A DNA stretch of 64,000 nucleotides, from assembly GCF_018977255.1 (NCBI RefSeq), contig NW_024704743.1, forward strand, positions 11,844,001 to 11,908,000, in the 5' to 3' direction. Positions within the stretch are counted from its first letter, which is position 1. Every line of letters begins with the position of its first letter. This DNA comes from Callorhinchus milii (Eukaryota). The translations under genes were made by a program, and so were the position numbers. This document shows, in pieces, positions 24,494 through 36,920 of this stretch. The notes under the pieces were generated by a model. The model worked only from the letters and a program-made list of their open reading frames with translations. It was not told the origin of the DNA and did no database searches.

Positions 24494-26282
24494 TACAGTA
24501 CTACCAACTGAGGCGAGAATGCTACCAACTGAGCCAGGCTGACTCTCTTCCCCTACATTTTCATATTCCTTCTTTTCAAATATTTGTCAAATTCCCTGTT
24601 ACAAGGTGAAAAACATATTTACAAAGAATTTACAGCACGGAAACTGGTCACTTGGTCTAACCAGTCCGTGCCAGTGTTTAACTCCACACAAGTCTCCACT
24701 CATTCCGTATTCCCTCCCACACCCTTCTATTCTCCTCTCCCTCATTTCAAGGTCTAGCTTCCTCTTGAATGCGTCTAAACTATCTGATTCAACCACTGCT
24801 TCAGACAGTGAATTACACAATATCACTACCCCGTGCGTGAAGCAGTTCTTCCTAAATCATTTTTAGATCCCTTAGTCACCATCTTATATTTGTGTCCCCT
24901 GGTTACGGATTCCCCAACAACCGCTTTATATTCTGTTTCAACTATCAATTCTGGTTGTGTCCTAACAACCCTCTGGGTTAAAATTCTCCTAATTCTCCCT
25001 GTTTTTTTTAATCGATGGTCTGATGGGTAACTCGGGTAATAAATCATTCATAGCCTACTTGGATTTTTACCTCTCGATGCACGCTGAATCACACATGGAG
25101 CAGCTGTTAAAAGATAATTTCAGAGTCCTGTTCACACAGAACTGGAAATGCTTTGGCTGTAGCTTGAACTTACCCTACACTTTCAGGCCTGTCTATTGCT
25201 GCTTGTTCTAGTATAGAACAATATCAAATCAATATAGAAAAATAGAATATAAAAAATAGAATAAAAAAGTGAAACAAAGAGAGTTTCTCTCTCCTGGTGT
25301 CCTGGCCAATAATTCCCCAAATAAAATTGGTCACTCAATCCATGGCTGTTTGTGGGACACTGCTGTGCACAAACTGACTGCTTCTTTTCTCCCAAAATAC
25401 AATCAATTTTACAGTATATCCTGTGAAGCGCTTTGAGGCATCCCAACGACATGGTAAAGTGCTATATCAAATGCAAGGATTATTATTATTATATATTACC
25501 TCTTTAATAATTATAAGGTTTAGCTGTCAACAGTTAGGAAGCTCTTCAGCACTGCCGAAAGATTACAAATAACCTTGGCGACAAGCGCCCAGGCTCCCAA
25601 TTTTGGCTTGAGATGCCTGGTAAACTGAATGGCGGACAAATGTTTCTTAATGTGGAAGAGATTTGTGGAGAGGGAGGGTGGCAGCACTTTCATTCTCCTT
25701 CCTGTTCTCCTCCTGGCTGGGTTTTTATATGTATATGTGAAAAAAAAACCTCAATGGGAGAAAGTGAAGCTGATTGATTCCAATAGGAGTCTCTTTGACT
25801 TGGCAACTGCTACTCGGACTTCCTGTCAGTGCCAGTGAGCACTTCACTTCCACTGTCTAGCTGCCAGCCTCTCTTTTCACAAAGGGCAAAGGAAAATTCT
25901 CTTAGATCCCAACTGCTTTTATTTGAAAGCTTTGTTTTTTTGGCACGTTTAGGATTCTTAGGCTTCACATCAAATGCATTGGTTCCTCATTTAATAGCTC
26001 TAGTAACACAGTGCCCACTCTTTCTCTCCTGTTAACTCTGCAAATCGAAGTATATTCTGTGAAGTGCTTTGAAACATCCCAATGACATGATAAGGCGCTG
26101 TATCAAATCCAAGGATTATTATTATTATTATATATTTCTTGTCTTCTATATGAAATGGAAGCTGTGTTTTCACAACCAGCATTGTGGCCAACTGTGTGGA
26201 GTGCTGAGTACATTTCTCATCAGTTCTGTTTACTATGTCTGACTGTGGTGCTATAGTAAGTGAACTGGGCTACATTTTTTGA

Positions 26283-26446
26283 CAAAAGGCAAAATATTGC
26301 AGATGCTGGAAATCTGAAATAGAAAATAGAAGTTCTGGGAACACTCGACAGCATCTATGGAGAGAGGAAAGTGGGTTAATGTTTCAGGTCGATGACCTTT
26401 CGTCAGTTCTGACAAAAGTGTTTCCAGCGACTTCTGTTTTTATTCT
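26283..26446. mobile_element. Penelope-like terminal-repeat remnant with a minimal hammerhead ribozyme motif
   Basis: GCAGATGCTGGAAATCTGAAAT...CAGCATCTATGGAGAGAG...GTTTCAGGTCGATGACCTTTCGTCAG resembles Penelope-derived repeats I recall from sharks; the minus strand has CTGACGA-A-AGGTC-ATC-GACCT-GAAAC. Confidence 0.65.
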
Positions 26447-27550
26447 ACATTTTTTTATGTCACTTACGTATTAAGTCAAACTATCAAAATGCACATTTAT
26501 ATCCGAGGTCTTCACATTTTAAGCAAACACCGTTCCAACTCTTAATTTCAATAATGATTGGCTTCATATCTGAAGATGGTTGTTTACACTATGTGAACGC
26601 TGGGTGCATGTCACAGCAATCACACTCTTTGATAGCAAGCAGTGTAACCTGGTGTCAAGGAATATCCCATAACACTTATTCATTGCACTGGCAGAAACCA
26701 TTATTGCCCTGAAGCGATCTGCCAATCGACTAACAACTGGGTTCTTGCTTATTGCTAGGTAAACAGAAGCGTGTGGAGAAAAGAAACTTGCCGAAGGTTT
26801 TGCCCCACCTTAGGAATCAAACCTGGGTCCTCTCACTTGCGAGGCAAGCATGCTAAATACTACGCTACAGGACTCTTCTTAATTTCAATACAAGATAGCT
26901 AGTTCACAATCTCTCAGTTAGAGATCTGTTGAGCCTGTTTCACCAATTTATAAAATCTTTAATCCCGATAGCCCACCTTTTCCCCATATAGACCTTTATA
27001 TATTTACCATATCTAAAATATAATATATAATGCATGAATCGATAGCTTGACTATATATATATTTATGTACATACTATATACACATTTCACCCATAAAATA
27101 CAGGTGAACATAAGTATGGTCGAAAAGGAAGGTTTTCAGGTGGGATTTGAAAATAATCCATACCAGAGAAACAGATGGAAATCACTCATAGAGTGGAACT
27201 CTTAATAATTTGGTTTGGAGACACGTTGACACCTGAGTGATCAACAACCCAAAACAAACAACATCTCAAGGTCTCTGTTAATTGATATAAAGCCAGCAAA
27301 ATCCTAGGTACATAGCACTTTCTTAACTCTAACAATGAACAGAGCTACATCAAAGTCCCTTAATTTATCTCTCTATGAGAGAGAGAGAGGAAGTGACGCT
27401 GAAGGATATTGCTGAATACAGTCTTTATTCAACAAGTGAAATAGGTTATGTATTTCAGAAGTGATTAGGGCCATTTCCCAACTTGTGAGCATAGGCAATC
27501 CTCTCCAGACCTATCACACTCAATGTCTTCCACTCTTCCAATTCACCTGA

Positions 27551-27634
27551 CTGCTTATTTCCCACTTCCTCTGCTTGTTCCCCACTTCCTCTGCTTGTTC
27601 CACACTTCCTCTGTTTGTTCTCCACTTCCTCTGC
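27551..27634 (+). repeat. 20-bp tandem repeat, about 4 units (CTGCTTGTTCCCCACTTCCT)
   Basis: Directly visible; runs into an L2-like fragment. Confidence 0.9.
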
Positions 27635-30354
27635 CCTATTATTGGTGGCCAAGCCTTCAAAAACAACAACAATAACAACTTGTTATTGTTACAGAGCCCC
27701 TCATGCAGTGTAGCGTCCCAGAGTGCTTGACATTGGCAGAGCACGACACCGAGCCAGGAGGATGGGGGAGGTGACTGTAGGCACAGTAGAAGAGAAAGGT
27801 CTTCAGGTGCGACCTGAAATTCGGGATGGAGGCAGCAAGGCGGAGGGATAGAGGAAGAGTGTTTCAGAGTTGTTTAGGCTATTCCCCCGCTTCAGGCACT
27901 ATTTCCCCCATTCTTTGGAACTCTCAAAATCCTCTTGCTTTGCTTTTTGTCCATCTGGCTTCAAAAACCTCTTTAAAATTCTCCCTTTGCCTGAGATCAG
28001 CACCCTTCAATTCTTGAAGGGACTGGATAATACTTTGTAGCCATTATATCTGAGGAAGATAAGATCAAGCTGGTGTAGAGAATTGATTATTTGTTCCTTA
28101 GACATGAACACAACTCAACCCTTGGACATAACTTCCCTCAAGCTTGGTTGTGACCACCTAATCTCATGGGCCGACTGTCTGACCCATTTGCAGTTGAATA
28201 ACTAAATGGATAGGGGTTGGGGAGGAGTTGCATTGTCGGAGGTGCCATCCTTCAGATGAGACATTAAACCGAGATCCCGTCTGCCTGTTCAGGTGGATGT
28301 TAAGGATTCCATGACATTATTCAATAAGAGAAGGGAGTTTCTCTTGGGTCCTGTACAACAATTCCCCCAAATAAAATAAAACTTTGCAGTACAATCTGTG
28401 AAGCACTTTGAGATGACTCAACAAAGTGATAAGGCACTATACCAAGTGCAAGGATTATTATGATTATTAATTAATCGTGAAATGTTTTAACATTAAAACG
28501 TGGCTATATCAAAGGCAAGTTTATTATCTATGTAGACATGTCTCATCTCAGCCGGGTAGTTTGGTGGTGAGGAGGGTCACTACATTTGACCCCAGCAACC
28601 TTTGGCTAAAGCAGAATCACTTTGACTGTATTCACGGAATGCTTCAATAATAACATCCTCAGGTGCTTATGCAGCTGTCAGCAGTGTTGAATGATTTGAA
28701 CGGTGCTTGAAACCTGTACAACAGGATGAAATTGCCAGCAGAAACTTCTGTTTTCTGTTTGGCACTTGTCAATGCATGCAATGAAACAAGTAAAACTCGA
28801 CAGAAAATTATTATAAAAGGGGTTGTGTGCTGAGGGTGGGGTAAAGCCATCCCGGCGTGTCTCCGACTCGCCTCCTCCCTCACCTTGTTCAAGGTTTTCA
28901 AGACTTTCCTCTCTGTCTGCGCCTTTGGTCATCTTTCACGTCCCTAACAGGCAGAACGAGGCCATTCAGCTGAGTCTGCCTCATGTCTCAGACCAAGTGT
29001 CCTTTAAATCCTCATGCCCTTGCCTTATCCCCAGACCACTTCAAGCCTCTACACATCAAAGTACTTCACAGGATTTTATTACTATAAAGTGTAGTGACTG
29101 TGTATTTTGTAAGTAAATGGTACAGCCAATTTTGTGCACAGCAATGATTCGTAAACACTCATGAAGTTAATGATTGATTTTGTTAAGGATTGTTGGTCAG
29201 GACACTGGGAGAAATTCCCTTCTCTTTTCAAAAAATGCCATGACATCCACTGAATAAATGGACGGAGCCTCGGTTTAATGTCTCATCAGAAGAATGACAT
29301 AGCTTGTCAGACCGTGCTCTCTATGCTGTTTTAACGATTTAGGCTTCTGTAACTCTCCAAAAATAGAAGCAGGATGTTTCCCTCCAGGGAGAGAGTATGC
29401 ACACCATTCCAATAAATATCTCAGGAATTTCCATGTACATGGAATTCTCAACCGGCTAACCAAAAAAAAAGTTCTCCTGGCATTAAGCCAGGAGAAATCT
29501 GGCTTAATTTTTTTTACCTTTATTTTTAACTGCACATTCAGGCACCTTCCAGCCTGGATGCCCAGTTAACTGTATGAAGCACTTTGAGATGTCTGCCAAA
29601 TGTGAAAAACTCCATATATACGTAAATTGTTGTTGTTGAACAGTGATGATCACTCATTGAGAGCGTTGGGATCTCTCATTATTTATTCATGAGTGGTATC
29701 AAATATTTTGTCTATTGGTGGAACATAATAACAATTAAAACATATGACTTGCTTTTGGTGGGTGTGTATGGGGGGGGAATCAGTTTCAGTTGAATGGTTT
29801 TTTAATAAAAATCAGAAGAATCCTTGCATTTAATATAGCACCTTATCACATCAATATAACTTTGTTATAACAATAATAAATTTAATTGTAATCACTTTGT
29901 TCTGACATCTCAAAGTGCTTCACAGAATATATTGTAAAGTGATTTCACTGTATATGTTTTCATTTTTGATATTTTTGATATTTTTAATATTTATGTTACT
30001 GACAATAATGTGTCATTGAGTCACTCAAGGGAGTGTTCCCAAAGTGAAAGGCGCAACACATTGTAGACTATGTAAAATCAAAGTCCTGAGGCTGACACCT
30101 GAGAGCAACCTACAAAACTGCACAATAGAAGTGGAGCAATTCAACCAGGTTGTTGAGGTTTGTCAGTCACGATACAGTGTAAGGTTTGAGGACATCTATG
30201 CTGATAAAAGCCACTGTGAAAGTGTGTTCTGCCCAATAAGCCTCCAGATGTGTAAATGTTGTCTGACCAAAATAGCCACTACACTTGACATTAATTACCT
30301 GTAAAGTGCTTTGAGACATGGTCAGAAATAACTGTACACAGAAAAAAAAGGGGT

Positions 30355-30731
30355 GGAGTCCTGTAGCTCAGTGGTTAAAGCACTCGCTTCACAAGCAAGA
30401 GACCTGGGTTTGATTCCTAGAAAGGCAAAATGTTGGGCAAGTTTCCTTACTCTACATGCCTCTCTTAACCTAGCAGTGAGTAGGAACCTAGTTGTTAGTC
30501 GATTGGCGAATCACTTTTCTGGGGATCACTTTTCTGGGGGTAATAAGTCCTAAGAAAAAATTAATAAATTAGTCACTTTATCCATGAGTGTTTGTGGAAC
30601 ACTCCTGTGCGCAATTGGCTGCTGCGTTTCACCCACAAAATATAAAATCAATTCACTTTACAGTGAAGTGCTTTGAAACGTCTCAATGACATGATAAGGC
30701 GCTATATCAAATGCAAAGATTATTATTATTA
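30355..30731 (+). mobile_element. Full-length tRNA-derived SINE (family A)
   Basis: A box TAGCTCAGTGG 30364-30374, B box GGTTTGATTCC 30407-30417, CORE-like then Deu-like centre, (ATT)n tail. Confidence 0.92.
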
Positions 30732-30871
30732 TAAGTTAACTTGTTCTTCCATCCTTCCTTTCAGTTTTAGTCAGCTACCCTACATGCTGTCATTTCTGCC
30801 ATCATGTTTCCCACTTTGGTGGTGTGTGTGTGGTGCTAACTCCAGTTTGTTTGTAAACATGACAGAACATG

Positions 30872-31270
30872 TTGTCAGCTTGGTTCAGTTGTTAGCATGT
30901 TGGCTTGTGAGTCAGAAAGTTGTGGGTTCAAGACCCATGACATGACTTTGAACTCATGCAGGCCAGGCTGATATTCCAGTGCAATGTGGTGGGGTGCGGG
31001 GGTGGGGGCTGCATTGTCGGAGGTGCTATCTTTTGAATGAAACGTTTAATAGAGGCCCCTCTGCCTGTTGAGGTGGACGTTAGAGATCCCATAGCATTAC
31101 TTGAAAAGAGAAGTGAGCTTCTCTTGGCATCCTGACCAACAACCCTCCCCCAGATAAATATTGGTCACAGCTGTTTGTGGGATGAGCTCAGATCAGCTGC
31201 CACCTTTGCCTAGAAATACATAGTGACTGCAATAAATTCTGTGAAGCGCTTTCATAGCGTGATAAGATGC
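30872..31270 (+). mobile_element. tRNA-derived Deu-type SINE (family B)
   Basis: TGTCAGCTTGGTTCAGTTG head, GGTTCAAGACC B box, AGATCCCATAGCATTA centre. Confidence 0.8.
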
Positions 31271-32073
31271 TGCAAAATAATAATAATAATAATCCTTGCA
31301 TTTGATATAACACCTTATCGTTCCTCAGAGTGCTTCACAGAATATACTGTAAAGTGAATTGCCTGTGTATTTGTGGGTGAAACGTGGCAGGCAATTGCGC
31401 ACAGTATTGGCCCTACGAACAATTGTGAATTGAGTGATCACTTTCCACTTTTCATTTTTTTTAGGAAAGCGATCCGCTAATTGACTAACGACTGGGTCCC
31501 TTCTAACTGTTACATAAACAGAAGCATGTGGAGTAAGAAAACTTGCCTAAGGTTTCACCTCGCCCGGGAATCAAATGTAAGGATTATTATCATTAATATT
31601 GTTCTCAATACAGTCTTGAAGATAAGGATTTGTAGCCGTCAGGTAGACTTACAGACAGCAGATTGCACCACCATAATCCTGAAAATAATTAGATTTCATT
31701 AAATTGGTGTTCAAAGAGCAAATTTAGCAATAGGAATCACTTACATTCCAGATATCCCTGAAGGTTTGTGTCTGTCTTAAGCTTCTTGTAAAATGTGGAT
31801 TGAGACTGAATGAAAGTGTCATGACGGGATCCAGGGAAATTAGTCAATACATAAGGTGAGTACATATTTAGCATCACTAATTACCAGCATGTTCGATAAA
31901 AAAGAAACATATTCTCGCTATTTAAGACACCCATTCCCCTCTCTCCCACCCACACATGCTATGTACAGAAAGCACCACTGATGTCGCTTCCTGTGTTCTG
32001 CCCAAGTTTAAACCTTAAAGATCTATGGTAATTGTCTGCTTTTTGCACCCAGCCAATGTGTGGCTGGTTTCAA

Positions 32074-32523
32074 GATCTGAATTCCAGATCCTCATCCTCA
32101 CGTACAAGGCCATTCACGGCCTCGCTCCCTCCTACCTCTCTGACCTACTATCCCCCTACCTACCTGCCCGTACCCTCCGTTCCTCTGGCTCTGGTCTGCT
32201 CCACATCCCCCGCCCCAACCGCCCTACCATCGGTGGCCGGGCCTTCAGCCTCTCAGCCCCGAGGCTCTGGAACTCTATCCCCCAGTGCCTTCGCCGCCTC
32301 CTCCCTTTCCTCCTTCAACGTCGGTCTCAAGACCTTTCTCTTTGACCGAGCCTTCAGCTCCCCTCTCGACTCTCTACCCCCTCCTCGCTCCCTCCCTTCT
32401 CTCCCCTCACCCTGACCATTTCCCCCCTACTCGAGTCCTGACCCAACTGTACAGCGCCTTGGGACGTCCTCCCGACGTGAAAGGTGCTCTATAAATGGAA
32501 TCTTGTTGTTGTTGTTGTTGTTG
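32074..32523 (+). mobile_element. Young L2 3' fragment
   Basis: EFQILILTYKAIHGLAPSYL..GGRAFS..RLWNSIP; (TTG)n tail. Confidence 0.92.
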
Positions 32524-35500
32524 TGTCGCTTCATAGGATCTACTGCAAAGTGTGTATTTTGTAGGAAAACATGGTAGATGATTTGTACATAGCCATGAAG
32601 CGAATGCACAATTGTACATGGGGGATTGTTGGCCAGGAGAATGGGATGAACTCCCTTCTCTTTCTGAATAGAGTTAGACAGATGGGACCTTGGATTAATA
32701 TCTTATCCAAAGGACCTGCAGTAAACAGAGAAATATCCATGTATCGGTGGAACTCTCAGTTTGGTTTGGATACTCTTTAGCATGGTGACAGGTTTCCACA
32801 CGTGTCAGACGTCTGAAAAAATAAGCAGCTTAATCCAACTGGCTACTGGGGCATTGGAGGACTGAAATTCCAGTCAGTGTTTTGCGAAGGGGCATTCATA
32901 TTGCCCATCACTAAAGGCATTTTCCCTTTATACACTGTATAATAACTCACAAAATATACTGTCAATCCACTTTACAATATATTCTGTAAAGCACTTTAAG
33001 ATGTCTCAATGATGCGCTATATCAAATGCAAGGATTATTATTATAATCTCACAATGCCACAGTGCTTCATGTTACCCCCAACCAGAATTTCAGGCCCCTG
33101 AGGCAGACTGAGAAAAGCAACAACAACTTACACATGCATAAACACCTTTCACGCAGGTAAATGTCCCAAGAGCCATTTGATAAACACCAAGTGAAACTTG
33201 CAATACCGATTGGCTGGAATGCGCTATATAAAATATAAATGGTGTTGTATTAGATCGAAAATGAGAGACTCTAGTTCCATGTGGAGAGAGATTTGGTCCA
33301 TTTGTACTGGTTTATGAATCAATTAATTTCAATTTAGTAAAACCCAGCGTGCAGCTAATCCCAAGTGACTCCAGTTGCTAAATGCATAGGAGCCTCCATT
33401 TTAAATAATAATAATAATAATCCTTGCATTTGATATAGCGCCTTTTATGTTGTCGAGACATCTCAAAGGATATACTGTGATGTGAAGTGACTTTATATTT
33501 TTGTGAATGAAAGTGGTAGTCAATTGCAAACAGCAAGGTCTCACAAATACCCATGGAGTGAGTAACAAATTTTAATTAGGGAATTGTTGGCCAGGACACC
33601 GGGAAGGAGAAACTCCCTTCTCTTTTCATTTCTAAGTCTTTCATTTCCAACCATGACTGTTTGTGGAACATTTTGTTCGCAATTGATTGTCAAGTTTTGC
33701 CCAACAAAAAAGGGCAGTCCACTTTACAATAGATTCGTGAAGCACTTTGGGACCAAAAACGTGATAAGGAGCTATATGAAATGCAAGGATAATTATCCCA
33801 ATCCCAATTTCCTTGTCATTCTCTGATATCCTTCTTCTGCATGTGGCCCACGTCAGGAGTTTGAGCTCAGAATCTAGGCTGATGATCCAATGCAGTGTCG
33901 GGGGAGCACTGCATTGTTTTACTTCAGATGAGATGTCAAGCCAAAGTCTTATCTGCCTCTTTAACACAATACAATGTACACTAAGATAATACTTGAGACG
34001 TTCAGTTGGACATTAAAGATCTCATGCCATTATTCTGCTTTCCATTACCTACTCTACTTACCTTCATTTCTGCACCTTCATCCTATCCCTCCCTCTTGCC
34101 TCCTCCCTCGCCACTTTCAAGACACACCTTAAGACCCTCCTCTTCGACTGTGCTTTCGAGCTCCCTGCTTCCCCCCCCACCCTCCCCCATCCCAACCCCC
34201 AGCTCGGGTCCATAACCCTGTCTGTCCAGCGCCTTGGGACGTCCTCCCGACGTGAAAGACGCTATACAAATTTTGTTGTTGTCTCTGTCACTGCCTCTCC
34301 CCACTAGCACCACTGAGAATCTCATCCAGACTCAGTTATACCAAGCTCACTGGACTTCCCTTATACAAGTTGCAGACCATCCACAACTCAGCAACCGGAA
34401 ACCACTCTCTTTTTGGGTCAACCAGATAGCTAACACATGTAGAAACCCCTCACCATGCTTAAGTGTCTCCATAATCGCCATACTGAGAGCTTCATTTTTC
34501 CCACCTTCTCATGGAAATTTCCATGTTTGAAATGAAATTCACACTCTCTCCCTAGAGGGAAGCGCCCCACTTACCTAATTCGGGAAAGTACTAGGCACAG
34601 ATTGGCAAAAGCCAAGGTTTGGGGATCCCAGAATGTATGTTGGGGGTAGCTGCTGGATTTTCACCAGTTAAAATGGTTAAGCTTGCCATTCAGCAAACTG
34701 TCTAGTAAATTTCCCGCTGCTTGTCCTGCTCAGACCATTCTACCTGTTAGGGCTTTAGCTTGAAGGGTTAACAAAAAGAATTCTTGCCCCCAGTGCCTGG
34801 TCTGCCCCTGCAATTCTTGCTGATGAATTCAGGCTGTTTGGCCTGTCAGAGCAGCGCCCTCAGCTGAGGAACCGGTTTACCTCGACTGCCATAGAAGGTG
34901 ACTCGATTCTGACATTCCATTGCTAAGCATGTCAACTTGGAGCGAGTTAGCGAGTTCACTTTCAAGGAGTCTCCACTTACCTTACCCTCTCCACACCCAA
35001 CCCCCTCTCCCCCTGGAGTGGAATAGCTTTCAGCCATTCTGTCCCTGTTACCTGGAAATCCATCCCGGCGTCTCTTCACCTTGTCCCTTCCCTCCTTGCC
35101 TTCAAGATCCATCTGAACCCCTATTTCTTTGACCACAGTTTTAGCCACCATCTCCCTTTCCTGCAGCTCTCCCTCCTCTACAGCATTTTGAGCTATCCTT
35201 CCAATGTGAAACGTGCTTTACAAGTTGTTGTAAGTTGTTATTGCATTCAAATGAGAACAGAGTTTCTCACTATGTCCTGGCTAACAATCCCCCAGATATT
35301 AATTGAGCATCCACTTTGTATAAAGTTTAGTAACTGTGTATTTTGCAGTCGAACGCAAACAAAATTGACTGCCATGATCATCTACAAATACACAGTCACC
35401 ACACTTAATAGAACAAAAATAATTTACTTATAGATAGCACCCTTCATAGTGCCTCAGAATGCTGCACAATAAACTCAGTGAGATAATTCAGTGTTAAAGT

Positions 35501-36535
35501 GTCATATCAAACGCAATAATTTTTTAAATGTATAATTCCCTTTTAAATGTCCCCAATCAATGCTCCATCAGCCATCCCTACCAATTCATCCCACTCGGAC
35601 ATCCCTTTGCGAGAAAAAATCTTCCTAATTTCCACTTTTCATGCTCCTAACTAGAATCTTAAATTCATGCCCTCTCTCTTGTCCTTGACTGACCTACCAA
35701 CGGAAACAGTTCACCAGTTCCCAGCAGGGCGAAACCTTGGGCCAGTTTCCTTATTCCACATGCCTGATAGTAATCCCTCAAAAAAAGCAATAATAAATTG
35801 GTCATTTTCAATCCACAACTGTTTGTGGGATACTGCTGTGTGCAATTGGCTGCCGCATTTCGCCACAAATATGCAGTAAATTCACTTTACAGTATAATCT
35901 GTGAACCGCTTTGAGATGTCTAGAACATGTGAAAAGCGCTATATCAAATGCAAGGATTATTATTATTATTACCAGTTGGTAAATGCATTGGAACATTTAC
36001 CTCACCATTTATCCTCTCCTGTTCTTTCATTAAAGACCTCCATCATGGAACCCTTCAATCTTCTGTGAAGCAACAGAAGGATTCCTAGCCTCCCTGGCTT
36101 TTCCCCATAGCTTATATCCTCTCATCTCTAGTACAATCCTCATGAATCTATCCTGCACTCTCTCCAGAACTATGATGTCCTATCTGTAGTGTAGCACTCT
36201 AACCTGCACACTATAATCTTGGTGCAGCCAAATCAACATCCAATAGAATCATATATATAGAATCATTGAATCTTACAGCACAGAAGGAGGCCATTTGAAC
36301 CATCATGCCTGTCCAGCTCTTTGAAAGAGCTACCCATTTAATTTCACTCCCCCACTCTTTCCCTATAGCCTTATTAATTAATTATTACAGTTTGGGTGCT
36401 CTCTCTGGTCGGTTGCTCACAACAATAAATCTGCTGTAGCCCTTGGATTTGGGGTGTTGTAAACTGACACCCCCCACCCCACCCCCTTCCCTACAGCTTC
36501 TTACTGTGACTCAGTGTTTGACACTCACACACACC

Positions 36536-36920
36536 TCCTGTAGCATAGTGGTTAGAGCACTTGGCTCGTAAGCGAGAAGACCTGAGTTTGATTCCTGGGA
36601 CAGGACGAAACATTGGGCAAGTTTCCTTACTCCACACACACGCCTCTGTTTACCTAGCAGTAAGTAGGGACCCCGTTGTTAGTCGATTGACGGATCACTT
36701 TTCCGGGTGTAATAATCCCTCCAAAAAATAAATTAAAAATTATAATAATTTGGTCATTCAATCCACGACTGATTGTGGGTCACTGCTGTGTGCAATGGGT
36801 GGCAGATTTTGCCCACAAAATACACAGACAATACACTTCAAATTATATTCTTGTGAAGCACTTTGAGATGTCTCGAAGATAAGGCACTGTATCAAATGCA
36901 AAGATTATAATTATCATTAT
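36536..36920 (+). mobile_element. Near full-length tRNA-derived SINE (family A)
   Basis: TCCTGTAGCATAGTGGTTAGAGC head; same body and tail as the copy at 30355. Confidence 0.9.
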
